From positions 8,123 to 72,122 of the forward strand of contig PEWV01000032.1 of the NCBI GenBank assembly GCA_002780005.1: a stretch of DNA of 64,000 nucleotides, given 5' to 3'. Numbering within the stretch: the first letter of the stretch is position 1; each line of letters begins with the position of its first letter. Positions 1-9,321 of the stretch are shown here, one piece after another. Under the pieces are notes generated by a model. It worked only from the letters and a program-made list of their open reading frames with translations, was not told the origin of the DNA and did not search any database. This DNA is from Candidatus Aquitaenariimonas noxiae (GTDB taxonomy: Bacteria; Omnitrophota; Gorgyraeia; Aquitaenariimonadales; Aquitaenariimonadaceae). Position numbers and translations under genes: made by a program.

Positions 1-1
1 A

Positions 2-2440
2 GACGAGAAGAATACCAAGAATAAATTCTACTGCCTTATGATGTTCCCGTACCCTTCCGCGTCCCTTCACGTTGGCCATGGCAGGAATTATATCATAGGA
101 GATGTGGTCGCCAGGTATAAGATGATGAACGGGTTTAATGTCCTTACTCCCATGGGTTGGGATGCGTTCGGCCTGCCTGCCGAGAATGCCGCTATAAAGG
201 GCGGCCTGCACCCTCGAATTTCAACGCTCGCCAATATAACGACGATGAAAAAACAGCTGAACAGATGGGGCGTCGGATATGACTGGGCAAGAGAAGTTAC
301 GTCTTGCCTGCCTGATTACTATAAATGGACGCAATGGATATTCCTGAAACTATACGAAAAGGGCCTGGCGTACAAGAAAAAAGCAGCTGTGAACTGGTGC
401 CCGTCATGCAATACTGTGCTTGCCAACGAACAGGTCATTTCAGGAAAATGCGAGAGGTGCGATACTGACGTTACGCAGAGGGATCTGGAACAGTGGTTCT
501 TTAAAATAACGGCTTATGCCGAAACGCTGTTGAAAGATATAGATAAACTGACGAACTGGCCCGAGCGCGTGAAGATCATGCAGCGAAATTGGATTGGAAA
601 AAGCGAGGGTGTCGAGATAGATTTTAAAATAGCGGATAGCAATAAAATTCTTACCTGTTTTACGACACGGGTTGACACTATTTTTGGTGCGACGTACATG
701 GTGCTTGCCCCTGAACATTCCGAAGTTGACGATCTGATAAAAGGCGCGGTAAACGAAAAAGAAGTTCGCTCTTTTATCCAGAAAGCGAAAAATGAGACCA
801 TGATAGAGCGGTCTGCCACAAATGCCGAAAAAGAAGGTATGTTTACCGGAAAATATGTTATAAATCCTGTTAACGGCAGAAAGATCCCGCTGTGGATAGC
901 GAATTATGTCCTTATGGAATACGGGACAGGCGCTGTTATGGCTGTCCCGGCTCACGACCAAAGGGATTTTGAATTTGCTAAAAAGTATAATCTGCCGATA
1001 GAGGTTGTTATTGACAATCCTAAGGGCAAGCTTAATGCGGCGCTAATGAAAGAGGCATATATAGAAGATGGGGTAATGGTCAACTCTTCCCAGTTTGACG
1101 GCCTAAGCAATAGGGAGGCTATGGGAAAAATAGCGGACTGGATGGAGCAGAAGAAGATCGGCAAACGCAGCGTGAATTATAGGCTTAGAGACTGGCTTAT
1201 TTCGCGCCAGAGATATTGGGGTGCTCCTATACCGATAATTTACTGCGATAAATGCGGCATGGTCCCAGTTCCGGAAAAAGACCTTCCAGTACTGCTTCCG
1301 GAGGATGCCGAGTTCAGGCCCCACGGCGAATCGCCGCTTGCGCGAAGCAGGAGTTTTATGGATGTGAAGTGCCCGAAATGCCGAGGCAAGGCGAAACGCG
1401 AGCCCGATACCATGGATACGTTTGTCGATTCGAGCTGGTATTATTTGAGATACCTGTCCCCAAAAGATGATAAAAAACCGTTCGATCGCGAAGTTGTAAA
1501 TAAATGGCTTCCGGTTGACCAATATATAGGCGGAGTAGAACACGCGATCCTACATCTTTTGTACTCGCGTTTTATTACAAAGGTGTTGTACGATTTGAAA
1601 TTGATAGGTTTTGACGAACCGTTTAAGAATCTTTTTACCCAAGGCATGATAGTAAAAGACGGGGCGAAAATGTCAAAGTCTAAAGGAAACGTCGTAAGCC
1701 CTGATATTCTGATAGACAAATATGGGTCCGATACAGTTAGGCTTTATACGCTTTTTATAGGACCCCCTGAAAAAGATGCCGAATGGTCCGACCGCGGTGT
1801 TGAAGGCGCGTACAGGTTTCTCGGAAGGATATGGAGAGTAGCCGAACAAATTACAAATCATCCGCCTTCGCCAAAGGCTTCGGCGGATGTCCGCCGAAGT
1901 TTCAACAAAGGCGGACACAAATTTCAGCTCACAAGTGAGGCCTCCAAAAAGCTCAGGCGCAAAACCCATCAGACTATAAAGAGAGTCACTGAAGATATTG
2001 AGCAAGGTTTTCATTTTAATACGGCAATAAGCGCGACAATGGAATTGGTAAATGAGATTTATGATGCTATTCAAGAGGCAAAAGAAGGCCTGGGAGATGA
2101 TCCGACCCTGAAAGAAGCGATTAAAACAGTGGCTATCCTGCTTGCGCCTTTTGTTCCACACATCTCAGAAGAGCTATGGCGCAAATGGGGGAATAAAGAA
2201 AGTATTTTTAAACTAAAATGGCCCGCCTACGATAAATCATTAATAATAGAAGAAGAACTTGAGCTTGTTATTCAAATAAACGGTCGGGTGAGGAGTAAAA
2301 TTCTAGTGCCGAAGGATTCGAGCGAGTTAGACGTTAAAGAAAAGGTACTTATCGATGAAAAAATAAAACAGTGGATAGGCGATAAGCCGATAAAAAAGTT
2401 TATATTAGTTCCGGATAAATTGGTTAATATTGTCATATAG
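2..2440 (+). CDS. leuS: Leucyl-tRNA synthetase (5' end outside window; frame open from base 2)
   Basis: MFPYPS-x2-LHVGH (HIGH) and KMSKS motifs, editing domain ([15 protein letters not shown]), [12 protein letters not shown]; carries an in-frame palindromic insert near 1861-1917. Confidence 0.98.
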   Translation, partial: DEKNTKNKFYCLMMFPYPSASLHVGHGRNYIIGDVVARYKMMNGFNVLTPMGWDAFGLPAENAAIKGGLHPRISTLANITTMKKQLNRWGVGYDWAREVTSCLPDYYKWTQWIFLKLYEKGLAYKKKAAVNWCPSCNTVLANEQVISGKCERCDTDVTQRDLEQWFFKITAYAETLLKDIDKLTNWPERVKIMQRNWIGKSEGVEIDFKIADSNKILTCFTTRVDTIFGATYMVLAPEHSEVDDLIKGAVNEKEVRSFIQKAKNETMIERSATNAEKEGMFTGKYVINPVNGRKIPLWIANYVLMEYGTGAVMAVPAHDQRDFEFAKKYNLPIEVVIDNPKGKLNAALMKEAYIEDGVMVNSSQFDGLSNREAMGKIADWMEQKKIGKRSVNYRLRDWLISRQRYWGAPIPIIYCDKCGMVPVPEKDLPVLLPEDAEFRPHGESPLARSRSFMDVKCPKCRGKAKREPDTMDTFVDSSWYYLRYLSPKDDKKPFDREVVNKWLPVDQYIGGVEHAILHLLYSRFITKVLYDLKLIGFDEPFKNLFTQGMIVKDGAKMSKSKGNVVSPDILIDKYGSDTVRLYTLFIGPPEKDAEWSDRGVEGAYRFLGRIWRVAEQITNHPPSPKASADVRRSFNKGGHKFQLTSEASKKLRRKTHQTIKRVTEDIEQGFHFNTAISATMELVNEIYDAIQEAKEGLGDDPTLKEAIKTVAILLAPFVPHISEELWRKWGNKESIFKLKWPAYDKSLIIEEELELVIQINGRVRSKILVPKDSSELDVKEKVLIDEKIKQWIGDKPIKKFILVPDKLVNIVI
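1861..1915. repeat. GC-rich double-hairpin (REP/SDR-like) element inserted in frame in leuS, inside a CAAAT(C/T)A heptamer run
   Basis: TCCGCCTTCGCCAAAGGCTTCGGCGGA (1861-1887) and TCCGCCGAAGTTTCAACAAAGGCGGA (1890-1915) are each hairpins and imperfect inverted copies of each other. Confidence 0.85.
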
Positions 2441-2451
2441 AATTGGCAGGT

Positions 2452-2799
2452 ATGACAAAATACGAAAAGTATATCTTAATATTCCTCGTGTTAATAGCGC
2501 TTATTGGCATGGGGTTTCTTTTTTACCAGAAGGCTACAAACCGGTCGCCTCTCGAAATATTCAATATGAATGAGCCGGGTATCAAAAGCCAAACAGGACA
2601 ATTATCTATTGTTAATATAAATACCGCCCGAGAAGATGAGCTCGCCGCGCTCAAGGGCATAGGCCCGAAGCTTGCCGCAAGGATAATAGAGTACAGAAAG
2701 GCAAACGGATATTTTTCGATCAAGGAAGACTTAAAGAAAGTAAAGGGAATAGGCCAGCATAAGTTCGAAGAGATAAAAGAATTTATAAAAACAGAATAA
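2452..2799 (+). CDS. comEA: ComEA-family helix-hairpin-helix DNA-binding protein
   Basis: N-terminal TM segment, VNINTA..EL..LKGIGPKLA.RIIEYR and VKGIG HhH motifs; next to comEC; alternative TTG start at 2443. Confidence 0.9.
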   Translation: MTKYEKYILIFLVLIALIGMGFLFYQKATNRSPLEIFNMNEPGIKSQTGQLSIVNINTAREDELAALKGIGPKLAARIIEYRKANGYFSIKEDLKKVKGIGQHKFEEIKEFIKTE

Positions 2800-2805
2800 A
2801 GGCAA

Positions 2806-4302
2806 ATGAAATACCCCTTAGTAGGCTTATCGATCGCTTTCTGTCTGGGAATAATAATCGCCTCATGCATTAAAATCGCTTTCCTGGTCTTTTACTTACT
2901 CGCCTTTCTTTTTCTCACACTAAGTATTATCTATATAAAACAAAACCTAAAGTTTCATATTTTTGCCCTGGGCGCCTTGTTTTTTCTGGGCTCTGCAGTG
3001 CTCTCAAATGCCAAGATCCTGCCGGTATGCCATATCGCCAATTTTACCCCGAATAAAGGGGAAAGGGTTTATCTTATGGGCATTGTTGACAGTGACCCAG
3101 CTTATGAAGGCCGGTGCTCGTCATTTGTTTTAAAGGCAGAGAGATTAAAAAGGGAAGATATTTGGCAGGCAGTCTGCGGTACGGTTTTAGTAAGGGATTT
3201 TAACAAAAGAGAAATATTCTATGGCGAGCGGGTATTTTTGGAAGGCACATTATATAGGCCGTTTTCTTTTTCAAAAGGGTTTAATTACAGGGATTATTTA
3301 AAACACCAGGGCGTTTATTCCATTGTTAGCGTGAAGAAGGGAAGGGCTTTTGAAATAGTAAATAGCGGTTCAGGCAACAGAATAAAATCTTTTTCTTTTC
3401 GCGCCAAACACGGTATGAGGAATATTATTACAAGCAATTTATCCCCGCTATCGGCAGGTGTCGTGAATGCGATTATTTTAGGCGATAGGCAAAGTTTATC
3501 CGCCCGCCTGAGAGACGATCTGGTCAAATCCGGAACCGTTCACATAATTGCCATATCGGGCCTTAACTTGTGGATAGTCGCATATATAATAATGACACTT
3601 CTAAAAATAACGCGAATTCATATCAAATTGCAATATGCAATCACGATAGTCCTTTTGTTTATTTACTGTATTCTTACCGGTTCCAATATACCCGTTGTGC
3701 GCGCGACGATTATGGCGCTCATCTTTCTTTTTGGTTATCTCATAGGGAGGGAGAGCAACATTTATAATTCCCTAGCGCTTGCCGCATTAGCCATTCTGGC
3801 GTTTAATCCCTGGCAAATTTTTGAAGTTTCTTTCCAGCTTTCTTTTTTGAGCATAATAGCTATCGTTTGGCTCTCTCCAAAATTCTCGAGCCTGTTCCCC
3901 GAGACGTTTCAGAAAAAGACGTGGGCGAGATTCGTAATATTGACGTTTTCTACGTCCATGGCTGCCTGGATTGGGCTTCTTCCCATAATTGCGTATTACT
4001 TTAAAATCATTTCACCGATTACTGTAATAGCAAATATGATCATAGTCCCTTATATGACACTTATAACAGCGGCTAGTTTTGCTTTGATATGCATAGGTAT
4101 ATTAGCGCCTATTTTGGCGCCTTCGTTTGCGGCGAGCTGCGAATTATTCGTTTTGACTCTATTTAAAATAAATTCTCTATTGATTAAAATTCCAGGTGCC
4201 TATTTTAAAATAGGGAAATTGTCTTTCGGAGATCTTCTATTTTACTATATTTTACTAGTCATTATTTTTGGTTTTAATAGAGGAGAAAAAGAGCGAGCTT
4301 AG
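2806..4302 (+). CDS. comEC: ComEC/Rec2 competence membrane protein without C-terminal metallo-beta-lactamase domain
   Basis: FNYRDYL, GTVHIIAISGLN, PVVRATIMA, SFQLSF motifs; many TM helices. Confidence 0.92.
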   Translation: MKYPLVGLSIAFCLGIIIASCIKIAFLVFYLLAFLFLTLSIIYIKQNLKFHIFALGALFFLGSAVLSNAKILPVCHIANFTPNKGERVYLMGIVDSDPAYEGRCSSFVLKAERLKREDIWQAVCGTVLVRDFNKREIFYGERVFLEGTLYRPFSFSKGFNYRDYLKHQGVYSIVSVKKGRAFEIVNSGSGNRIKSFSFRAKHGMRNIITSNLSPLSAGVVNAIILGDRQSLSARLRDDLVKSGTVHIIAISGLNLWIVAYIIMTLLKITRIHIKLQYAITIVLLFIYCILTGSNIPVVRATIMALIFLFGYLIGRESNIYNSLALAALAILAFNPWQIFEVSFQLSFLSIIAIVWLSPKFSSLFPETFQKKTWARFVILTFSTSMAAWIGLLPIIAYYFKIISPITVIANMIIVPYMTLITAASFALICIGILAPILAPSFAASCELFVLTLFKINSLLIKIPGAYFKIGKLSFGDLLFYYILLVIIFGFNRGEKERA

Positions 4303-4383
4303 TTTCTAATTTTTAATGGAAAAGGTCCGGCAAAGTGGCTTTTTTAGCGAAAAAACAAAAACTAACTTTTTTTTGTTTTACTC

Positions 4384-4412
4384 TTGACAAAACCATATAG
4401 TTGTGGTACACT
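4384..4412 (+). promoter_or_regulatory. sigma70-type promoter for the PilZ gene
   Basis: TTGACA (4384-4389), 17 bp, TACACT (4407-4412) with extended -10 TG. Confidence 0.7.
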
Positions 4413-4436
4413 ACTATCAAACGAAAGGTACTATAA

Positions 4437-4802
4437 ATGGAAGAAAACGCGATGGAACGACGCCGGCATAAGCGGATAAAATCCCGCTTGCCGATGAGTT
4501 ATGTAAATTTACGGGAAAAAGGTAAAAGTCCAAAAGGTGTTTTAATTAACGATATAAGTGAGGGTGGTGTTCGTTTTAATTCGGATCAGTTCTTATCATT
4601 AGCCAACCGCCTGCTTGTAACAATCAATATCCCCACGACAATCCGTCAGATCAAGGCCATTTCTAAAATAGCCTGGATTAGAAAAATTCCATTTGGCGAC
4701 CAATACGACGTAGGAAACCAATTTTTAGAGATCAGCAAGGAAGATAAAAAAGAAGTTGCCAAATACATCGAAACGGTTAATCAGCTGGATGTAAAACGCT
4801 AA
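4437..4802 (+). CDS. Single-domain PilZ protein (c-di-GMP receptor)
   Basis: ERRRHKR (RxxxR) and DISEGG (D/NxSxxG) motifs, IAW and G.QF, 121 aa. Confidence 0.88.
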   Translation: MEENAMERRRHKRIKSRLPMSYVNLREKGKSPKGVLINDISEGGVRFNSDQFLSLANRLLVTINIPTTIRQIKAISKIAWIRKIPFGDQYDVGNQFLEISKEDKKEVAKYIETVNQLDVKR

Positions 4803-4841
4803 AAAGCTCCCGCCTTATTGTAAGTCCCTATCTCGATTCCC

Positions 4842-4870
4842 TTGACAAATAGCGATTTGTTTGTTATATT
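4842..4870 (+). promoter_or_regulatory. sigma70-type promoter for bamD-lptE-holA
   Basis: TTGACA (4842-4847), 17 bp, TGn-TATATT (4865-4870). Confidence 0.7.
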
Positions 4871-4897
4871 AACTTAGCTCGAAAGGATAATTCTAGT

Positions 4898-5866
4898 ATG
4901 ACTAAGAAAATAATTATATCACTATTAGCCGCACTTCTATGCCTTATGCCTCTTAAGGCGTTTGCGTATTGGGTATGGACTCCCGAAACCGGTAAATGGA
5001 TAAATCCTAAGTATGCCGTAAAGGATAGCCCGGAGGAGCAATTTGATTTTGCAATGGGGTTTTATAAGGGCATTGATTATAAGCGCGCCATAGGCGAATT
5101 CCAGAAGCTTTTACGCTTCTATCCAAAATCAGAACTTGCCCCCACCGCGCAGTACTACGTGGGGCGGTCTCACGAAGATATGGAAGATTATTACAAGGCT
5201 TATCTTACCTACCAAAAGACGATAGATACCTACCCATTTACCGATAAGATCGATGAAATAGTGGAGAGGGAGTATAGGATAGGCAATCTGTTTCTTACCG
5301 GCCATAAAACCAAGATTTTGGGCATGGCGCTCCTGCCAGCTACGGATAAGGCTGTAGAAATATTCAGAAGAGTAGCGGATAATGCCCCTTACGGTAAATA
5401 TGCCCCGCTCGCTCAATTTAAAATAGGTGAGACCTATAAAAAAGAGAAGAATTACGGCGAGGCCATAGTAGAATTTCAAAAATTGGTTGATTCCTACCCC
5501 GAAAGCGAGCTGGTGGATGATGCGAAATATGAAATAGCATTTTGTACATACAAGGCATCGTTGGACCCGGCATATGACCAAACCCCTACGGATACGGCTA
5601 TGCAGCAGTTCGAGGAATATGCAAAGCAGCCCGGAAATACAGAGCTTAGCAAAGAAGGCGCAGCCACGCTGCGCAAGTTAAAAGAGAGAAAAGCGGAAAA
5701 CATTTATCAGGCAGCCTACTTTTACGACAGGCAGAAACATTACGAAAGCGCCATCATATATTACAATGAAATTTTGTCTAAGTTTCCAGATACAGACTGT
5801 GCCGTTAAAGCGCTCTCGAGGTTAAAAATTATAGAGCGAAAAGTGGGGCCGAATACCAAGAAGTAA
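4898..5866 (+). CDS. bamD: BamD/YfiO-like TPR protein
   Basis: Signal peptide, repeated TPR units (..YP.SEL...A.Y), YDQTPT..A.QQF motif; precedes lptE. Confidence 0.78.
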   Translation: MTKKIIISLLAALLCLMPLKAFAYWVWTPETGKWINPKYAVKDSPEEQFDFAMGFYKGIDYKRAIGEFQKLLRFYPKSELAPTAQYYVGRSHEDMEDYYKAYLTYQKTIDTYPFTDKIDEIVEREYRIGNLFLTGHKTKILGMALLPATDKAVEIFRRVADNAPYGKYAPLAQFKIGETYKKEKNYGEAIVEFQKLVDSYPESELVDDAKYEIAFCTYKASLDPAYDQTPTDTAMQQFEEYAKQPGNTELSKEGAATLRKLKERKAENIYQAAYFYDRQKHYESAIIYYNEILSKFPDTDCAVKALSRLKIIERKVGPNTKK

Positions 5867-5886
5867 TTTATAAATAGGAGTAGCTA

Positions 5887-6426
5887 ATGAAGAAAATTTT
5901 ACTTTTGGCGCTTGTCCTTTTGTTTACAATATCGGGTTGCGGTTACACAACGAAATCGCTTCTGGCTCCGCATCTGCGCACGGTATACATAGAACCGGTA
6001 ATTAACAAAATAGATTTTACAAGGGAAACCACATATGATAACCGCCTTTCGATATATAGGCCGGGGCTTGAGAGGGATCTTACGAAGACCCTGAAAGAGC
6101 GTTTTATATTCGACGGCAATTTAAAAGTTGTGAATGAGAAAGAAAAGGCCGACAGCGAGCTCATGTGTGAGGTTGTCGATTTCTTAAAAGAACCTTTGCA
6201 ATATACAGACGATCAAAATGTCGATGAATACAGATTAAAAATCATAGTGAATATAAAATTTACCGATCTATCTAACAATGTCGTCCTCGTAGATGAAAAA
6301 TCATTCGCAGGGGAATCAACATATACCATCACAGGCACTTTAGCCGGGACGGAATCTGGCACCGAGCAGAACGCCATTACAGACCTCGCGAGAAGGGTTG
6401 TAGAAAAGATAATAGAAGGTTGGTAA
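5887..6426 (+). CDS. lptE: LPS assembly lipoprotein LptE family
   Basis: Lipobox ISGC-GY, 179 aa, LARRVV C-terminus, directly upstream of holA. Confidence 0.8.
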   Translation: MKKILLLALVLLFTISGCGYTTKSLLAPHLRTVYIEPVINKIDFTRETTYDNRLSIYRPGLERDLTKTLKERFIFDGNLKVVNEKEKADSELMCEVVDFLKEPLQYTDDQNVDEYRLKIIVNIKFTDLSNNVVLVDEKSFAGESTYTITGTLAGTESGTEQNAITDLARRVVEKIIEGW

Positions 6427-7403
6427 TGAAAGATCCCAAAAAAGGCAACGTTTACTTATTGATCGGCGAAGAGTCCTACCTTAAAGAAGATTTCATACAA
6501 AAGACAAAAAATAGATTTTTAGACGAATCCAACAAAGAGTTGAATTTCATATCATTTTCCGCAAAAGATTCAGGTATAGAAGATATATTATCAAGCGCCA
6601 AAACCGCCCCGTTTCTTAGCAAAAAAAGAGTTGTTGTGATAAAAGATGTCGAAAAATTAGAGGAAAGAAAAAGAGATATTCTGCTTTCTTTTTTGAAAAA
6701 CCCGCCCGAGAGTGCCTGCCTCATATTAGAATCGAGCAAGGAATCCGGCAGGCAGTTTATGGAAGATAAATTTTTAACCGCTCTTTCAAGACATGCCACG
6801 TTGTTTAAGGCAGAGCACCCTTCTTATAATGCCCTAGACGCTTGGGTAAGGCAAATAGCGGCTTCTTCGGGTAAAAAGATAACAAAAGAAGCCGTTGAGC
6901 TTTTAAAAGAATTATCAGGGAATGATTTGGGAGTTCTTTCAAAAGAAGTTGAAAAACTGATTTCCTTCATAGACAAAAAGGATGCAATAAGCCTGGAAGA
7001 TGTCGAGAAAATAATAGGCAAAAGCGTGAAAGAAGATGTATTTATATTGGTGGATTACATAGGTTCCAAAGACGCTTCCAAGGCGCTTTTGTTATGCAAG
7101 AACCTTCTGCAGCACGGGAAGAAAGCGCACGAAATTATAGGCCTTATAGGGTGGTACTTAAGAAAACTGCTTTTGGCGAAACTTGCGCTCCAGACCGGCA
7201 AGAACCAGGATGTCGTGTTGCGCGAACTGGGGCTGAGGCGTTTTTATATGAATAAGCTGGCCGGTTTATTGGACAATTTTAAGATAGATGAATTGAAAGA
7301 AAAACTCAAGCTTCTCTTTGTCGCCGAAAGGTCCATAAAAACAAGTTCGTCTAAACCTGAATTTATTTTGGATGTTTTAATAAGCAGGCTTTGCGCTGAT
7401 TGA
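6426..7403 (+). CDS. holA: DNA polymerase III delta subunit
   Basis: VYLLIGEESYL, TAPFLS..RVVVI, EVEKL motifs; TAATG overlap with lptE stop; convergent with rpsT. Confidence 0.92.
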   Translation: MKDPKKGNVYLLIGEESYLKEDFIQKTKNRFLDESNKELNFISFSAKDSGIEDILSSAKTAPFLSKKRVVVIKDVEKLEERKRDILLSFLKNPPESACLILESSKESGRQFMEDKFLTALSRHATLFKAEHPSYNALDAWVRQIAASSGKKITKEAVELLKELSGNDLGVLSKEVEKLISFIDKKDAISLEDVEKIIGKSVKEDVFILVDYIGSKDASKALLLCKNLLQHGKKAHEIIGLIGWYLRKLLLAKLALQTGKNQDVVLRELGLRRFYMNKLAGLLDNFKIDELKEKLKLLFVAERSIKTSSSKPEFILDVLISRLCAD

Positions 7404-7413
7404 TAGCTTCTGA

Positions 7414-7677
7414 CTATTTGAATTTGGCAGCCTTTATTGCGAGGCGAGATATCTTTCGCGAGGCTGCCTTTTTGTGTATAATACCTTTACTTTTTGCCTT
7501 ATTGATTTTTTTGACGAGAATTGAAAAAGTTTTTTTCGCGTTTTCAAAATCCTTAGAGGCTACAAGGGTTGTAAATTGCTTAACTAACGTTTTGATTTCA
7601 TTTTTTACGTCTTGGTTCCGTATGTGTTTTTTCTTACTTACTTTAATGTACTGATATGCTGCTTTTAATTGTGGCAT
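7414..7677 (-). CDS. rpsT: 30S ribosomal protein S20
   Basis: KGIIHKKAASRKISRL, 87 aa basic protein, AAGGAG RBS. Confidence 0.95.
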   Translation of the reverse strand: MPQLKAAYQYIKVSKKKHIRNQDVKNEIKTLVKQFTTLVASKDFENAKKTFSILVKKINKAKSKGIIHKKAASRKISRLAIKAAKFK

Positions 7678-7725
7678 CGCGTATCTCCTTTTTCGATTAA
7701 TTAGTTAATTACCAAACAGGATTTT

Positions 7726-7753
7726 AGTATACTATTTTTCTGGAGATTGTCAA
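7726..7753 (-). promoter_or_regulatory. Candidate rpsT promoter overlapping the murJ leader
   Basis: Minus strand TTGACA (7753-7748), 16 bp, TATACT (7731-7726). Confidence 0.5.
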
Positions 7754-9321
7754 TGGAAAAGCGCGCGATCATAAAATCTACCGGGATAATAAGCATGGCG
7801 ACGTGCTTAAGCAGGGTCCTTGGTTTTATCAGGGATATTGTAATCGCTCAACTTTTTGGTACCGGTATGTTTGCCCAGGCCTTTGTTGTCGCCTTCAGGA
7901 TCCCTAATATGTTGAGGGACCTAGCAGGGGAAGGCGCCACAAACGCAGCGTTTGTCCCCGTGCTCACCGAATACAAGATGACAAAAAGTGACGCTGAGTA
8001 TTGGCATCTGGCAAGGGTGCTTCTAAATGTGCTTATTGTCAGCCTTAGCGTTATTACAATATTGGGCATCATAGCCTCTCCGCTGATCGTTAGATTGATC
8101 GCGCCAGGCTTTATAAAAGAGCCCGACAAGCTCGAGATCACAATAATGCTGAACAGGGTCCTCTTTCCTTATATATTGCTAATAGGGCTTTCCGCGTATT
8201 CAATGGGCGTATTAAATTCGTTAAGGCACTTTACCACGCCTGCGTTTGGCTCATCTTTGATGAATATTTCAATGATACTTTCAGCTTTATTTTTTTGCCC
8301 GAGAATAGGGGTGATGGGGTTGGCCATAGGTGCCTTGATCGGCGGCGCGATGCAGCTCGGCTTGCAATTACCCGTTCTATATAAAAAAGGCCTAAGGATA
8401 AAAAAAGATTTTGTGTTGTTTCATCCGGAGGCAAGGCGAATTCTCTTTCTGCTCTTGCCCAGGCTCATGGGAACGGCTGTTTACGAACTCAATATTTTCA
8501 TAGACACGATGCTCGGCTCGCTTTCGTGGATTGTGGGCATGGGAGGTGTAGCGGCATTGTATTATTCTAATAGGTTGCTTCAGCTTCCTCTTGCTATATT
8601 CGGCATCGCGCTCGCCCAGGTAACTTTGCCGACAATGAGCGCTTATTCCGCGAAAAAAGATATGGAAGGCGTGAAACGAACCCTTTCTTTTTCATTGCGT
8701 GTGATATTTCTCATTGTAATACCGGCGGCCGCAGGTCTCATTGTTCTAGGCAGACCGATTATAAAGATTCTCTTGGAGAGGGGCGCCTTTGATTCTTATT
8801 CGACGTCTATTACATACAGTGCTCTCCTTTTCTATTCTTTTGGTTTATTTGCTTATGCCGGCGTAAAGATCTTGGTCAACGGTTTCTACGCGATTAACGA
8901 TACGCTCACGCCTGTCAAAACGGCTGCAAAGGCCCTTGCGATAAATACGGTTCTTAACCTGATCTTAATGTGGCCGTTAAAAATAGGAGGATTGGCGCTG
9001 GCGACATCTATCGCAGGCACGTTCAATTTCTTTTTCCTGCTTTCACTGCTTCAGAAAAAAATAGGCGCACTTGATATGGAAGCGATAAGGGATACTTTTA
9101 TTCGCGTGCTTTTAGCATCGCTTGTTATGGGATTAGCCGGCTATGCGCTTTTAAGGACTTCTTATTTTGATTTCGATGGCGGAGGCAGGCTATTATGCAC
9201 TTTGAAGCTTTTTATTCTTATAGGTATAAACATCTGTATTTTTATTGTTTCGGCCGTAGCGTTAAAGGTCAGGGAGATGAAGGAAGCCTTCAGATGGGTA
9301 TCGACATTAAAACAGAGATAA
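7753..9321 (+). CDS. murJ: Lipid II flippase MurJ (MviN)
   Basis: SRVLGFIRD, AF.IPNMLR.L.GEGA, RL.QLPL.IFG motifs; GGAG RBS at 7742. Confidence 0.96.
   Translation: MEKRAIIKSTGIISMATCLSRVLGFIRDIVIAQLFGTGMFAQAFVVAFRIPNMLRDLAGEGATNAAFVPVLTEYKMTKSDAEYWHLARVLLNVLIVSLSVITILGIIASPLIVRLIAPGFIKEPDKLEITIMLNRVLFPYILLIGLSAYSMGVLNSLRHFTTPAFGSSLMNISMILSALFFCPRIGVMGLAIGALIGGAMQLGLQLPVLYKKGLRIKKDFVLFHPEARRILFLLLPRLMGTAVYELNIFIDTMLGSLSWIVGMGGVAALYYSNRLLQLPLAIFGIALAQVTLPTMSAYSAKKDMEGVKRTLSFSLRVIFLIVIPAAAGLIVLGRPIIKILLERGAFDSYSTSITYSALLFYSFGLFAYAGVKILVNGFYAINDTLTPVKTAAKALAINTVLNLILMWPLKIGGLALATSIAGTFNFFFLLSLLQKKIGALDMEAIRDTFIRVLLASLVMGLAGYALLRTSYFDFDGGGRLLCTLKLFILIGINICIFIVSAVALKVREMKEAFRWVSTLKQR

Noticed and set aside
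4303-4383. c-di-GMP riboswitch upstream of the PilZ gene (GGCAAA seen at about 4329)
   Set aside because: The paired GCAAA/GNRA architecture is absent and the segment lies upstream of the predicted promoter.
9195-9293. Extended N-termini from the ORF track (uvrC 9195, lptB 19157, serA 44983, cdsA 51542, rseP 53481)
   Set aside because: They overlap upstream genes and lack homology-like sequence; downstream starts with RBS fit better.
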